NCBI GenBank assembly: GCA_002633005.1
Contig: NMRA01000116.1
Location: 720,764 to 784,763, forward strand
Direction: 5' to 3'
DNA from: Phoronis australis
Lineage: Eukaryota > Animalia > Phoronida
DNA length: 64,000 nt
Under the pieces are notes generated by a model that worked only from the letters and a program-made list of their open reading frames with translations, did not search any database and was not told the DNA's origin. The position numbers and the translations under genes were made by a program. Shown piece by piece: positions 27,101-40,600 of the stretch; the stretch's first letter is position 1, and the number at the start of each line of letters is the position of its first letter.

Positions 27101-30100
27101 TGTCAGGTGCATGTCTTAGAGTCAGAACTATAATTTGGTGAAAAGGTAGACCTAAAAGATTTGCATCCCCTACTGCTTAATTAGTGAGAAGCCAATTCGA
27201 TCCACAGCAGTGTCGAACAATTTGGGAGTATTTTTAGACTACCCTGTAGAAGTACTTTTTCTATCGTAGGCTCGGCTGATGTTTATAGCGAGTTCTTCTC
27301 GATAGGAACAAGGGATGCTGCGACAGCAGCTCTTCATGTGATACTGGGTGAGTTGAACTGCACAGAACAGTCACATTTTTCTATATCATATATTACGGGC
27401 GAATAGAAATTTGTCACTGGCCCTCAACAAGCCAGTGGGTGAGCCTCGGATGATAATTCTTCAGAGTTTTCGAGTAAGTGTGGAGGCTATTGTATTTTCA
27501 AATACTAAACTGAATAGATATTGATGTACAGAGCGGAAATTTTCGGCCGTGGTATTTGGTAACCATATTGTGTAGGGCCAAAATATTACGAGTTATCTTA
27601 CTGAAATGAATAGAACACGACTCTGACGAAGCATTGGGAAAAACCCTAGGATATAAAGTAGTTAAAAACGAGTTTTTTAAAATTATTCATTAAAAGTTTT
27701 AAAAATAAGTTGGTTTGGCTTTACCAGGATATTTGTTGTATTTACATGAAGCAGTCGGAAACATATCTAGCTGGTTAAGTTGGCATTCACTCTGTTGCGG
27801 CTACACACGAACTTAGGCAAACAAGGTTTGTCTCCATGTCTCTTTTGAAGGTGACGAGATGTCGGCTGATGTTATTTCGCTCCATCAACAGGGTGAACTC
27901 GTGTGCTTCACCCTTCTTTTGCTTTCATACGGAGCCATAGGGGACATGTTATCTTACACGGAATCCAAATTTCTTCGCTGGTTTGGTCCGTTGCGGTATT
28001 TGTACGGCGGTAAGACAACTACCTGACTTCCATCATTAAATGTACAGTTTATAAAGCCCATTATTAGCTCGTTGCAACCCTTCTTTCATTCAAGTCTCAC
28101 TAAGGTTTGCTCAAACCTTTTTAGTGACCTTCACTCGTATACCAAAAAACTAGGCTTTGTCAACTATTAAAATTGTTTTATATTTATGCATCATTATTAT
28201 TATCATTATTGTTATTATTATTATCAACATCATCATCATCATCACCATAATTATCATTGTTCTTATCATCATCATAATCATCATCATCATAATCATCATC
28301 ATCACCATTATTATTACGTTAACACTTCTTAAAGTCTTGACTTCCATTTTCCAGCTAATCGTCGGTTTTTCATGTAGTCGCATTGTTTGTCTATCATGGA
28401 GACTATTATCGGTGCAAAATTTTCATTGGCTAATTATCTCAAGTCAGTAACACTATAGACTATAGTACATGGACCGCCAACTCCGTATACTTTCAATGGA
28501 CGAAATCTGTGATCTTACGCATAAGCCCTTACGTCATTATTCACTAGCGACACCTGGCTAAATTGTCTGGTGCAATTTCCGGCAAGTACGTCGTCTATAA
28601 TCTATGGTAACACCTGTCTCTCTTACTTTGGCATCCCAACCTCTTTGGAGCGTAAGCTTCAGCCAGATTTTCTTTACATCAGTATCAACCAATGGGCAGT
28701 CTACCAAACCACTTATGAGAACGCATTAAGTCATGTTTGGTCACATTAGATGACCTATCCTTTAAACTTTTTTACATTCTCCTTCAAACTTAAACACCAG
28801 CATTATAAAAAAAAATTAATACACCTGTTAGCAATGAACACACGTTTTCGTATTTCTAAGAGTACCAGACCATCGCTATTCCACCCCGGTGTTGCTGAAC
28901 AAGACATTTGATTCTGCCGATTTCGAAGAAGCTTAGAATTGGCAGGAGCCGTTGTTTTGCTCAGCAGCATTGCCCTGTACACAGTGCATCCAAGCTACAT
29001 TTTCGTGTCATCCGTACATCGATTGTCCTTTTAAAATTTTATTCTTACTTTTAATTTGTATGCCTGTGTGGCATTGTTAGTCTTTGCCCAGTGTGCATTA
29101 TATTGCGTTTTATCTTATATTATTGATTTTGTGGTTAATCGATTTTAAATCAATCAAACAGTCAAAATCCAATCACGAATTCTCCTAAACGATATTTACC
29201 ATCATATTCCATTTTTATTTACCTTTAACATCTTAGTCACAAATGATTGAAACACATGTTGTCTACAGAGATATTGAATTATCACCAATTGCATATTTTA
29301 GCCCTTATGTTTATCTCAATTTAGTTTCACGCTCAATATTGCAAAAACGGCAATTTCATGCTCACATTGAATACACCGCTGACAAATCGTACAAAGGCAC
29401 GGAGAAGACGCCGTATGAAAACGAGTTCCCGTACAGACCTCTTCCAAGACTTTTGGATGGCGACGAGCACACCTACAATCCAGTGACAGGTAACAGTATG
29501 TGACAGGTAACAACATGTGACAGGTAACAGCATGTGACAGGTAACAGCAAGTGATCGACTGAGTGAGAAATGCGTTGGGCGTTGCTAATATGACATCAAA
29601 AACAAACGATCGTTTTTTTCATTTGATTACGACAGGTTGTATATCAGCATCCAAGGCATTAGAGGTAATCTAGCGCGTGCGTCTTATGCTCTCAACGCAA
29701 CACTTGAGTACTTCCCATCTTATACCCGAATAGCTATGGAGACATTATCATTTATTCTTTCTGGGAGACACTTGCCTTTGCTTTATCAATCCTTATTTCG
29801 TTAAAACCGAAGTGCGTTCTGCCAAAAAACTTACCTTTGACTAAGACCACTTCCCGATTCAAAACTGGTCCCAACTTGTTTCTAACAAACAATTAATTGT
29901 TAGTTCGTTATTGCGTGAGAGAATGCTCGTAAAAGGCCAACCCGTAGGACCAGCATCCGGCTAGGACCTCGCTAAAAAGCAAGACTTCGCGAGATTACGG
30001 GAGACATTGCCGTGTAATTTAAATGAGAACACGTGACTTTGGCTAGATTTTAACTAGGTCCTTTGAAGCCCATAAATTAGTCTTAGGGATTTGACGCAGT

Positions 30101-32226
30101 TTTAAGGACATATAGTTGGTTTTTTTCCTGTTTTGATATTTTAGTTTCATTGCGTACACCACATCTGCAAAAAATATTTGTGCTAGACAATTCATGTGGC
30201 TTTCCGAGTAAAGGAGTCGATACTGTAAGGACCTTAAAATACTGAAACGAGGCACGCAACAACATCTTGTAGATATAGACATCTAACAGTTCGAAATAGA
30301 ACCGTTTAAATATTAACGAGCAAAGGAAGTCGTATCAAATGTAAAAGTAACGTGCAACTAAGCCACGTGGCAATGCTTTCGATACTGATATGAGGCCTAG
30401 GTATAATTGTCACGCTTTTTCGTCTAAAAATACCACACGCAGGAACATCACTTCGAGAAATAGAACTGTAACGAAAATCCCCGGTGTACATCATAAGTTC
30501 ACCTACAGACTGCTTTTTCAACACTGGTCCCAGACGAGCGAACTTTGACTAAAGATGGTAATAACAACCAATTTTGCTTTCAGGTGTACAGACACTCAGT
30601 GGAACACTACAAGACTTTGTATTGTTTCCTATTGGTCCGAAAGCCAAAGTTGTCTTAACGGACCCAAGACGGCTTCCCGTGAGGGTCAAAGAATACATGG
30701 GGAATGGAATAATAGGCCTGGGCCGAATTGGCCAGTGTACAAGAGGCGACATGGTCACATTTGTCAAGAATTACATTATGGAGATTGATGGAATAGAGGT
30801 ATTTGATGATAATTGAACTCCAAAGTTGTGTTCACACCAACTGAACTGAGTTAACCTATAACTTTTCACCATTATAACTGCTGAGTAATTGCTGATAGCC
30901 TTGAGTTGTTATGACCTAAGTTGGTGGTTTAAGTGACTATAGACCTTACTCACCTCAGTGCTATGTGGTCCACACTGGGCTTAAGTCGGCAAAGGGTTAC
31001 AAATTATACAATTGCGATAATCGCTCACATCGGGTTGCACTCGGTACGAGCAACTACTCTTTTAAGATCCGATAAAGAATTGTAAATGTGCTGCAGTTTG
31101 AACTTTTACAACTGCTTTTATCACTTCTTTAAATTTGCGTTGAATTTGATTTTTGAGGTTTCAAATCTATTGAGGATAATCTGAGGATAATATATTGAAC
31201 AACACTTATCAGCTAGACAGTGCGGACTCTAGACAATGAACCCCACCCCACCGTCGCTGCGGGTAGTCTCCCTCATTCTACGGAAATCTCCACTAGCTAA
31301 TAATTGTTGTTGAACGTGTTGCAGTACTACTTTTCCAACTTTATCGAGGCCTCGGACGAACTTAGAATCACCATCACACCAGACGGACCGGAAGAAGATG
31401 CGCTGTTTTTCCAGAGTGATGGTGAATGTTACTACTTAAAGAAACCACTCTCACTGAACGTTAGGTGAGTAAAGGTCTAAGTACGCCAATTTAAGGTATA
31501 GATGGAACAATACCAAGAATTAAACTTCTTCTTTCTGAACACTAATTGTGAACCCACGAAACTGTTAATTCCATGCAATGAGAGTAGCGAGAATAGCGTT
31601 TACATCAAGACTAACCTAGGCGGGGGTCCCTTACACAGACCACTCAAGCAGCAAGTCCAGCCTATTTGCCCGAGTTACCTAAGCGTGTAAATCTATACAA
31701 TTGTTAGGAAGTATTGCACCTTGTTTCCACCATGTTAGATTCGGTTCATTGCATTGGAAACGACGGGGTATGGTAATGCGCTATCTGCCGATGATTAGGG
31801 TGAGCGATGCGTAATAAGTTATGCCCAAAATTTTGCCACCGCAAGAACTGTGCCTTGTTGTCTTTACAAAAATGAAAACCTGGATGTAGAGATATTGTCT
31901 TTGCATTTATGAGTTGATACACAGAGAGATAGAGAGAGTGTCTCTATATGTATGACTGGACGAGTTGTTGTAATTGTGACGCTTGGTACCTCAGTAAATT
32001 GTTCACTGAGTTATCGTATTGGACACGGTTGTAACTTCGATCCTTATACAAGTTCCAAAATAAAACGCGCAGCCTATGATATTTGTCACTGCAAGTTCAC
32101 AGTGGTTCTTACGAACTGTTACACCCGAGACTTTATGTTCATGTAACGTTATGCGTTTACTATTTTCCCAGAATGCACCATCAAAGTTTAAGAATATTTT
32201 CCCGTGGATTGGAAGAAGAGGCATAA
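24118..32226 (+). CDS. CERK: Ceramide kinase-like protein (PH-like N-terminus plus DAGK-type catalytic domain), ~459 aa from ATG 24118, true 5' end unresolved. Exons: 24117-24343, 24739-24870, 25262-25325, 25947-26092, 27270-27347, 27851-28009, 29325-29489, 30584-30798, 31325-31464, 32172-32226
   Basis: Spliced translation gives VPMNEIIAV..VHY..HVW (CERK PH region), RPQNLLVFVNPSSG, ILCVGGDG, IPSGSAD, TAALHVILGD, RWFGPLRY, DGE and C-terminal LRIFSRGLEE*, all collinear with CERK. All introns GT-AG and in phase. Divergent, so it may be a paralog rather than the ortholog. Confidence 0.88.
26360..26476 (-). mobile_element. tRNA-derived SINE
   Basis: Minus strand GAGGAGGCAGTGTGGCCTGGTTGA (A box) ... 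GGTTCGAGTCCC (B box); same head as 51975-52092. Confidence 0.72.
28190..28316. repeat. (ATC/ATT)n microsatellite in a CERK-like intron
   Basis: Directly visible; produces the spurious poly-Ile and poly-Met ORFs. Confidence 0.95.
28454..28606. mobile_element. MITE with CATAG-type ends and 7-bp TSD GTAACAC (P-element-like)
   Basis: TATAGACTATAG...CTATAATCTATG; GTAACAC at 28447-28453 and 28607-28613; related copy at 44618-44854. Confidence 0.75.
29483..29554 (+). repeat. 4 x 17-bp tandem repeat spanning a CERK-like splice donor
   Basis: GTGACAG|GTAACAGCAT-type unit repeated four times. Confidence 0.93.
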
Positions 32227-33090
32227 AGCAACTACGGAACAGTAAGGTTCATGACGTCACTAAAGCAACCCGCGTTGGGTTCAGTGAAGGCCTGACTTGA
32301 ACACACTGGCACGGACGAGCAGCAAAACTTCTGCCATGACATCATCAGTATTACATATATTTACTAAAGATGTCAATTACTCCAATTGTAATCGAATCGT
32401 GAAAGCGGGGGGGAGGGTCAACCGATTTCGACACGATATGACGATACGCCGCAAGGTTCATTTCGTTTCCTTTCACTGTTAGGAGTCTTACAAAGGTACG
32501 ACTTATTCATTTGTGTCTTTTGAAGCGTCTTGAGTTACTGAACACTGAAAAACAGCTGAAGGCCTCGTTCATTTTGGTGGAATGTTATCATATCTAACGA
32601 ATTTGGTGCTAAAATTGGTACGAGTAGTAAGGTAGAAATGAAAGAACAATTTCGAGACCACATTGATAACGATGTCCGGAAGTGGTCTAATCAAACGTTT
32701 TTTCTGACACGAGACAAGTTATAGCACGAAATTCTTTACACAAAGGTGGGTATTTTACATTTGAGTGCTACTGTAGTAATTATTTTCTTGTGATAACTTT
32801 GATCAACATTCAGGGATCGCTTTGAAATATTTTTTTAAGTTATTGATATTTAACAATGGCATTTATTCGAAATCTTTACTTAACAATGTAAATAATAATA
32901 ATAACAACAGGCATAAAAATCGTCATCATTACGTCCGACTAGCCTCAGTATCTGCATAAAAACAAGGTGCCACATCTCAGCCAGTCAACAGAAAACAACT
33001 GTAAGGATGATTGTATTCCCCAGGTTGTTTCATTCAGTAACCATTAACTGTGGACCACCTCGGTTGCACGCTGCGGAATTAGGTTGGTCA

Positions 33091-35038
33091 CTATCTTCGC
33101 AACACATTTTCTCTGTAAAAGCCTGGTTGGTTGCCCGCCGGCCAATAGGTAGCGCACACAACTGTCACCGTCCGACCTCCTTCCTGTCGTTGGCCACAAC
33201 CTATTCCAAACAACTCGCTGCTTTTCCAAACGACAGAGGTAAAATGGCTTGTTACTAGAATTAGAAAAACATCGAATGCGGTTAATGACAATATTTTGAA
33301 TTTTGGAATTATAATGGCTTAGATACTTGAAAAAATCTGTTGTAGTCTTGCAGACATAAAGAGAAGAGTGATTAAGCCAAAAAGCAGGTCTCAGTGAGAC
33401 TAAAAATACCAAAAAGCGAAGACCAGGCAAAGAAATACATTTGTAAAGTCTGCGATTTGTTTTCCTCAAATAATAAAAATACTAATTAAAGTTTCAAATC
33501 TTTCTTTACTTAGCTTTGCTTAGTAAAAACTACAAACGGACGGTGATGATTATCAGTTTATGCTGTTTAATAAATGCTGTGGTTACGTCTCGTCCATTCT
33601 CTCAACACCGTAATGTCCAGCCGACGACTGAAGGAATCATGATGTAAACCTGGCGAAAAAGTCTGACCAAGTCTTATGAGTCAACACCAGACGTGAAGAG
33701 GTCAGAAAATAAGAAACTTCTCGGAAAATTGTCACATTTAATAGTAAAAATGTTATCTTTACTATTTGCATATAATTACAAAGAAGGGGAAAAGGAATTA
33801 AGTCACCCAAAACTGCACTGATCTTATTTAGTTGACTAAAAAATGATATTCCAATTTAGCAACCTAAGCTCATAAAATTGGTCCCATATTATTCTTTATT
33901 GTTGCGAAGATTCCACCTCCATCGCCAAAGAAAGACATAGAATCGAAGTCGATTCCAAGACTGTGAAATCGATTCTGTGATCGCGCCAAAATCACAAATG
34001 AGAATACACAGTTTTTTAAATTGTATTTAGCACGTTTTCTGGCATGCAAGAGACATGTTTTATGAGTGAAAAAAAGTAATAAAAACGGGCGAATTTATTC
34101 ACTGCCTTTTAGCAATGTCCGGCAATTTATGCAATCGTGCGTCACTGCAGAATGTACATGTAAGCAGTGTGATCTTTGACAGGAAGGAGTTAACCCACGT
34201 TCGGTGTTCTTCAAACACTCACCAGTTCCCTTGAATGCCGTGTGTTTGTTAAAGTCGTAATACTTGATCTCGTCGTACCAACACTCAGTCGCCTTCACAC
34301 CGGCCTCAGGCTCATCTACGTCACCACATCCAAATAGGTTCTCACCGCACACTTGGTTGCGATGCTGCCTGTACTCCTTCCTACTGCTTTCAAACAGTTT
34401 GTTTTTAGCGAGATATTCGGCATGTTGTTCCGCAAGTGAGCACAAATGTTTGTCCAGTGCAAGAGGATTCACACTGTGTGCCAGCCTGAACTTGTTATGA
34501 GTTTCTAAAGCTCGAGTTTCGAATTCACTAAATACCTAGAAAACAAGAAATAACCACAAAAGCGTTTTGGAGAATATAGTGATTTCATGAACACAAAGAT
34601 CTATGAATTTACTGAGCGCGGAAGTATCGAAAGGGTTGCTCGAATTTTAAACAGTGCTCCACTGAAACAAAACAATAATTTGCAAAAGCCTGTATATGTA
34701 AGCACAAAACGATCCAGGTATTTGAGTTAGGGGTTGCCCTACCACCAACTTGTTTATCCATGAATGTAAAGTCATCGTGCGAAAAACGCTTTCTTGAATA
34801 ATTTCTATCCTGACAGTGACACCATAACTTTTTCTCTTGTCTAACTGTTGACCTACGGGGTGATGATCTCGTGGCGACAAGGTGAGTGGAGGCGGGGGTA
34901 TTGGTGTCGAAGCGTGTGCTCGTGTGTCACTTGTCAGTGAGTCTAGTATGCCAGCGCTACGTATCAAATAAGTGCATCATGCAGCACTCAACTATAACTC
35001 GAGCATACCTGAGATTGTCCTTTGCAAGTGTTACCCAT
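33091..35038 (-). CDS. GLIPR2: Golgi-associated plant pathogenesis-related protein 1-like (CAP/SCP domain), 168 aa. Exons: 35009-35038, 34223-34535, 33091-33254
   Basis: MGNTCKGQSQ start (MG myristoylation motif, no signal peptide), ALETHNKFRLAH, GENL, WYDEIKYYDF, HFTSVVWKSS, YWPAGN...ENVL. GT-AG introns in phase; AATAAA on the minus strand at 32862-32867. Confidence 0.88.
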
Positions 35039-35667
35039 CTCGTCCTGTGGCTCAGTGTGTTCAACAAGATTGCGTAAAACAAAGCACTCGGATGAGTCTA
35101 CATGAAGCCTGAGACAGCCTCTACATTATCAATTCCTGTGGACGTAAAAGCTTATTGTTAAATGACGACAAACACTGCAGCAAAGGATTACTGAGAGACA
35201 CTTAACAATGTTTTTCTTCGGATACCGAGCTAATGTGCGCGATTGAAAATTTATTATTATTCTTTTTATTGATCTACGCTTCGGATGGTTTGCTGAGTTA
35301 GGACCTGAAATATACATTTGTTTGTTTTACGACAATTCGCGGAGACTGGTCACTCTGTCAAACACAGTACAAAAGCGGCCAGCGCTGCCTTTATTGTACA
35401 CAAAACTTAGGAATATATTCAACGAATATCTAAACGTGTACCAATCAAGCTAATATGGATTCCCATGACATTTCTGGTAAAAATTCCACGGGGTAGCCAT
35501 CTCCCATGCCATCTAGAAGCTGGACGTTGATTTTTAAAAACTAGTTTCTTATGGTCTGGTCAAATACTGACGTGGCATGCTGTGGAGGGCAAGATTCTTG
35601 ACTGTACAACTCACTGATGTTGTAAAATCAACCCAAATTAATTGAATTTCACGACATAAGAAGCATA

Positions 35668-37603
35668 CAAAGGCCGTAGGAAGGCAAAAATTATTGCCAT
35701 NCCTGGTTAAAACTCTGCCGAAATTTCCGATAAACTAAAGCTAGTTGATAGTCATTTAAGCTGTAATTCACTTGAGAAAGGCAGCTCGTACCAGCCGTCT
35801 GCGCTCGCTCTAAGGTCAAGATTCATTTTATTGTGATCCAGTTTATTTTATTACGGTCATTCGTTGAAGGAGTTTTTTTTTTGAAAAGATGAGGTCCCGA
35901 AGTCTCAGTGGTATAGTGCCTTTGGGGCTGTTTCAAAATGCCTAGTTGAAACACGACCGGTAGTCTACTTTCTGGTGGCCGGGAAAAGGATAGCGTGTCC
36001 CAAAAATGAACACACTTCCTGAACTCCTGGAGTTCTAATTCAGTTCTGAGATTCTGCAGGAGCCTACTGCATGGTTACATTTTATTTTAGGGTGGGTACG
36101 TCAGTCATGACGTGCTCGCGAATCAGGACAAGCAATCAATTCAGTTTTGAAGAACAGAAAATCATTGCTCAATACTACTGGAAATTAAAAACACCTAGGA
36201 AGTGCAAAGACAACCTTTCCAAGCAATGAGTTTATTGTTATTTATTTAAGGATTTTTAAAACGTTTTTTCTATCTACGGTTGGTGAGTCCGAATTTCATC
36301 AATGTCTTTGGGAGTTATTTTAGATATGCAAAAATCGTCTATAAGTGTACTTTACTATTTGGGGATCGGATTATAGAGTTTTTCCAACTTCAGGCTGCAA
36401 TTAAATTCACTGAAACATCATCAATTCTTTCAAGATTAGCTTCTAAATGTCAAAAACCATCTATAAATCTATTGGTTTTCATAGATACATCAACAAGAAA
36501 ATCAGAAACCAACGAATTTGATTATCAAAACGGAATGTTATAAGCAATTTCCGCATGCATGCTTGCAGACTTTTGACGGGTAACCGGGGGAATATGGGAG
36601 ATGGGGCATTCGTATTCAGGTGTATTTTGCTCATTTCAGAGGTAACTATAACGGTTCACGTGGTAATTTTGAACTCCACTGACAAAAATTTGCTGAAATC
36701 TTTGTTTATGATTGCGAGAGTTCTCGGAGTACCCCCTTCCGACATGTACACGGTCATCACAAATAGCAGCCTAAACAGCAATGTTTTCCACATGTGGGAA
36801 TTCCTTACAAACTACTCACAGTAACCATTTCCAAAAGAGATACTATTCTTGTGATAACACGGGAAACAGTAACATTATTTTATAACTAACCATCGGAACG
36901 ATTTCACAAAAAACAGGAGAAGAGAGATAATCTATTCCAATATTGGGCCCTCTCTCCGTGAGCGGCGTCTTAAGAATTTGTCAATAAAAACACAAAAAGG
37001 GTAGTCACTTGAATGTCATCAATGTCTCCCTTCAAGGGCGGGGCCCCTATATATGAAAATATCTATCTTTCTAATTAATGTTATTTGTCAGGTTATCAAT
37101 TTGTCTCAAGTAATATACAGTTTCGAGAAAAAATAAAGCGAAAGTTGTCACCGTTGTCCCTTGCCAGAGAGGGGCATCTGGAAAAATATAGACGAATTGA
37201 TTTGTTGTATAAAAATCAAATAAATTTGTACGCTCCACAAAAGCTTCGCTTTTCAAATTTTCTTGATTCTTCGAAGTATATATGTATGATTGATTTCGTT
37301 CACGTTTTCAATTGCATTTAGACGACCTGCGCTGCAAAAGCGGAAACCCTAACGACATTGTCCTGGCCAGGGTCCTCCAAAAGGTAAACCATGCACTGAT
37401 ACAGAGTTGTTTTAACAACATTTAAAAATATTCCCTTGAATTTTCTCTCTTATCCGTATTTCTCAGTCTTTCTTTTCTCAACTGTCCCTGGCCCCACGCC
37501 TATGTCGGTTGCCACGATTTAACCCTGACGCCTGAAAATTTTGGGGGCTGTGACACCCCNCCCCCCCCCCCCCCCCCCCCGGCCACCGCTTCCTACGGCC
37601 CTG
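35668..37603. mobile_element. Probable non-autonomous hAT-like element
   Basis: Inverted ends GGCCGTAGGAAG / CTTCCTACGGCCCTG with a subterminal poly-C. No clear TSD, and Ns at 35701 and 37560 mean the interior may be misassembled. Confidence 0.5.
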
Positions 37604-40600
37604 ATAGATGAAAAACCTTTAATGTAGTTTCGGCACAAATTTAGCTAAACTTAAGATAAACATCGTTGAAAGTTAATCAAACAGTATTGGTACGAAATTG
37701 GGCCCTGGTTAAACGCCAACTTTCTTCGCTTTATCTTCTGCAGCAAAGCACGCGTTTTTGCTGTTAAAACTGCATGTATGGGAAATATCTAGAACTGAAA
37801 TGAAAAAGTCTCGGAAGGACTGCATAAAAGTTAAACGCCAACGTGGGAGATAACACAAAATTTATGCGATAAATAAACGGTAATTATTTGGAAGGGAAAG
37901 TAAACATTTGTCCAAAGTGAAAACCGGGGTTGAAAACTCCTGTGATATATACATAATTTAAAATTTAACGAAATGCAACTCGCTGATTGAATTGTCACTG
38001 ATGTGACCTTATACACAAGCCTGGGATTTAGCCAAATACCTGAAAAATACAGATTTTAATGGAGTGAGATATATATTTTGTGAAAGTAGGAATCTTGTAG
38101 AATTTCATATATGAATTTTCGTTAATCTGCCATTAACTGGGCCACGTAACCATGACTTTTCTGTAAAATGAATAAAAATGAAGGTATATCGATAGAAAAG
38201 CAATGGTATCAATAACATGTCTAAATAAAGGTTCAAGTTGAAAAAAAACATTGCTGTTACATCCTTCCTCATTCGATGCAATATTCGTCCATTTCCGTGT
38301 GACTTTATCATGTACATTACTACATGTACATTATAACGTCGAACGCTGTAACGAATGAGCGGGGTTGCATTTGTTAAATTATTCATTTTATTTTCATTTT
38401 GTGCAACTATGTGACTTTTGAGTGGTTTCATGAACATCATAAAAGTCTAATAGAAAGTCAACAGCGTTTTGGAGAACTATTTGTGGAGGCTAGTGTCTGA
38501 AAGTTTCATACGAATTCGAGCGCCTATTTCTGAGATTTGTTGTTAATCAAATTTAGACAATTTTCTAGGGTCGGTCCTACATTCTAACTTTCATTCAGTC
38601 AGGTCAAATCAGTTTCAAACTCGAAGTGTCAAGTCGTATCAGCAATTTTAAATGCGTATTCGTCGTGAACCGTAATTTTGATCTCAACTCAAAGCGCAGG
38701 TTCTCATTATATTGGGGTTTACACTGGTGCAAGACCGAGGCCCGAGGACCGCATCATTGTACTCGAAATTATTTTTGACGTTTCTGTTCTCCTTTAATGC
38801 AAACTCAACATTTATGTTATGGTTGCGTGTATGACTGTCTAATCCTAGTAAGTTTCTGTCTGAACTCAAAATTCCAATTTTTTTCTCTAAATCTCATTGA
38901 CAAATTTTTACTCATTTCTAAACCTCAAATCTAGAGGTCTTCAGGTGCAAGCTTGAACCAAAAACTCACTTGCCTAAACCAAAGCAGGCCATTATTTCAA
39001 GTTCGTAAAAAAGGGCGGAAATGTCAAATATCAATTTCGAGTACAAATAGACCCTGGGTCCAGGTTACTAAACATTTACCATTATCCAGTCATGCACTGC
39101 GTTTATTGTTGGTCAGGAGACATGTCATACAGGCCTGCTAGTTCAAATAAACGTAAGTTTTTACTTCATCAAAAGCACTCGCTCATCTTTGTTTTAGTTT
39201 TAGATTTTTTTTCAAGATATGCATTCGTTGGCGTCAATATTCTGTGGTAGGCGTTGTTTTGTCGAGTGGTTTCCCAGTTGCTGTACCGAATCAAAGTTTC
39301 TCGGGGAACCAACTAAAAAACGCCTGGGATATTGGCAACTCCACCCAACGTCCCTTCCCTCGTCGCAAATTTTCACCTCTCGCCGGCTACCGCCCGGTGT
39401 TCGTCTCAAAAAACTTCATCGTGGGGGCTCCTGTAGCTATAAGCCAGCGTCCCCAATTTGTGATTGTCCCAAGTTGTAGCTTATTTTATCTAAAGCGGTC
39501 CATATTAACCGGTGTTTTCTGTCAAAAAAAAACAAGTCATTATTTAGGCCACTTAGCATGATTACGAAAGTAGTCTCTAATTATTACTTAGTCAAAAACA
39601 GCCTCTCGCATAAAAGAACAAGCAAAATAGTTGTTAGTAACTATATTTTCATAAATAATTGTATACAAAAATCTAATGACGATTGTTTTCAATAGCACCA
39701 TCAAACGAAACTCTTGGGACTCCCAAGGTAAAACAAAGCACATGTAAACAGTCTCAAGAAATCACTCCCGTATCATGTAAACACAAAACAAAGCAGCATT
39801 GGATGAAAACAATGAAGATGCAGAATCTCATATTTGGAATTACCGCTACAGAGAACAATAAGACTATATTGCTGAACGACGCTGCTGCAAATTTTGAAAA
39901 CAAGAACAACAGGGTGCCTTGATATGCACCTAACACGTGCATCGCAATAAAAATAGCAAAGATATGAGGGGTGCTCATTCTTTAACACATCCATGCATTC
40001 CAGTGAGCAATGTTAGTGAACTTAAAATTGAGTCTTCAGTTAGGTTATGAGAACACAACTATAGCAACATAGACTTATATGACCAGAGTGAAGGTGGTCT
40101 CGGAGTATTTTCAATAAATCTGCGGCACTAACACATGTTGGCGCGCAATCATGTCACAGGAAGGATGCCCATCCAATTGAAACCCATGGTCTCACCTATC
40201 GTAACGTATCTCTGAAACTTGAAGATGGTCCTTCACCAAACTTTATAGTTACTAAGGAAGGTGCAAAAAATAAAACTGCCACCAGGGGGCACATAGTAGT
40301 ATTTGGATCTATCCGAAAATGAAGGTCAGTAATGTTCTCGCCAATAGCAATAAATCCCTGAAGTTTCATCATGATTTTTCACTGAATGTAGCAGATATTG
40401 AGACAGTTGCGATTAGCAAATAGAGAGACGAGTGACATCTACTGGCTAAAAACATATCTGCCAAGTTTCACGATAGATCCACACAAAAATATAAAAGCAA
40501 ATGCAAAAAGTGAAACAGCCACAAGGTGACAGAGTAATAGCAAAAATTTGTCTGATAATCGTCCTCATCCGTCATCATATCCTAGAAACATTTTGCAAAT

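Noticed and set aside
28150-28450. Poly-Ile and poly-Met ORFs resembling membrane proteins
   Set aside because: They are translations of an intronic ATC/ATT microsatellite.
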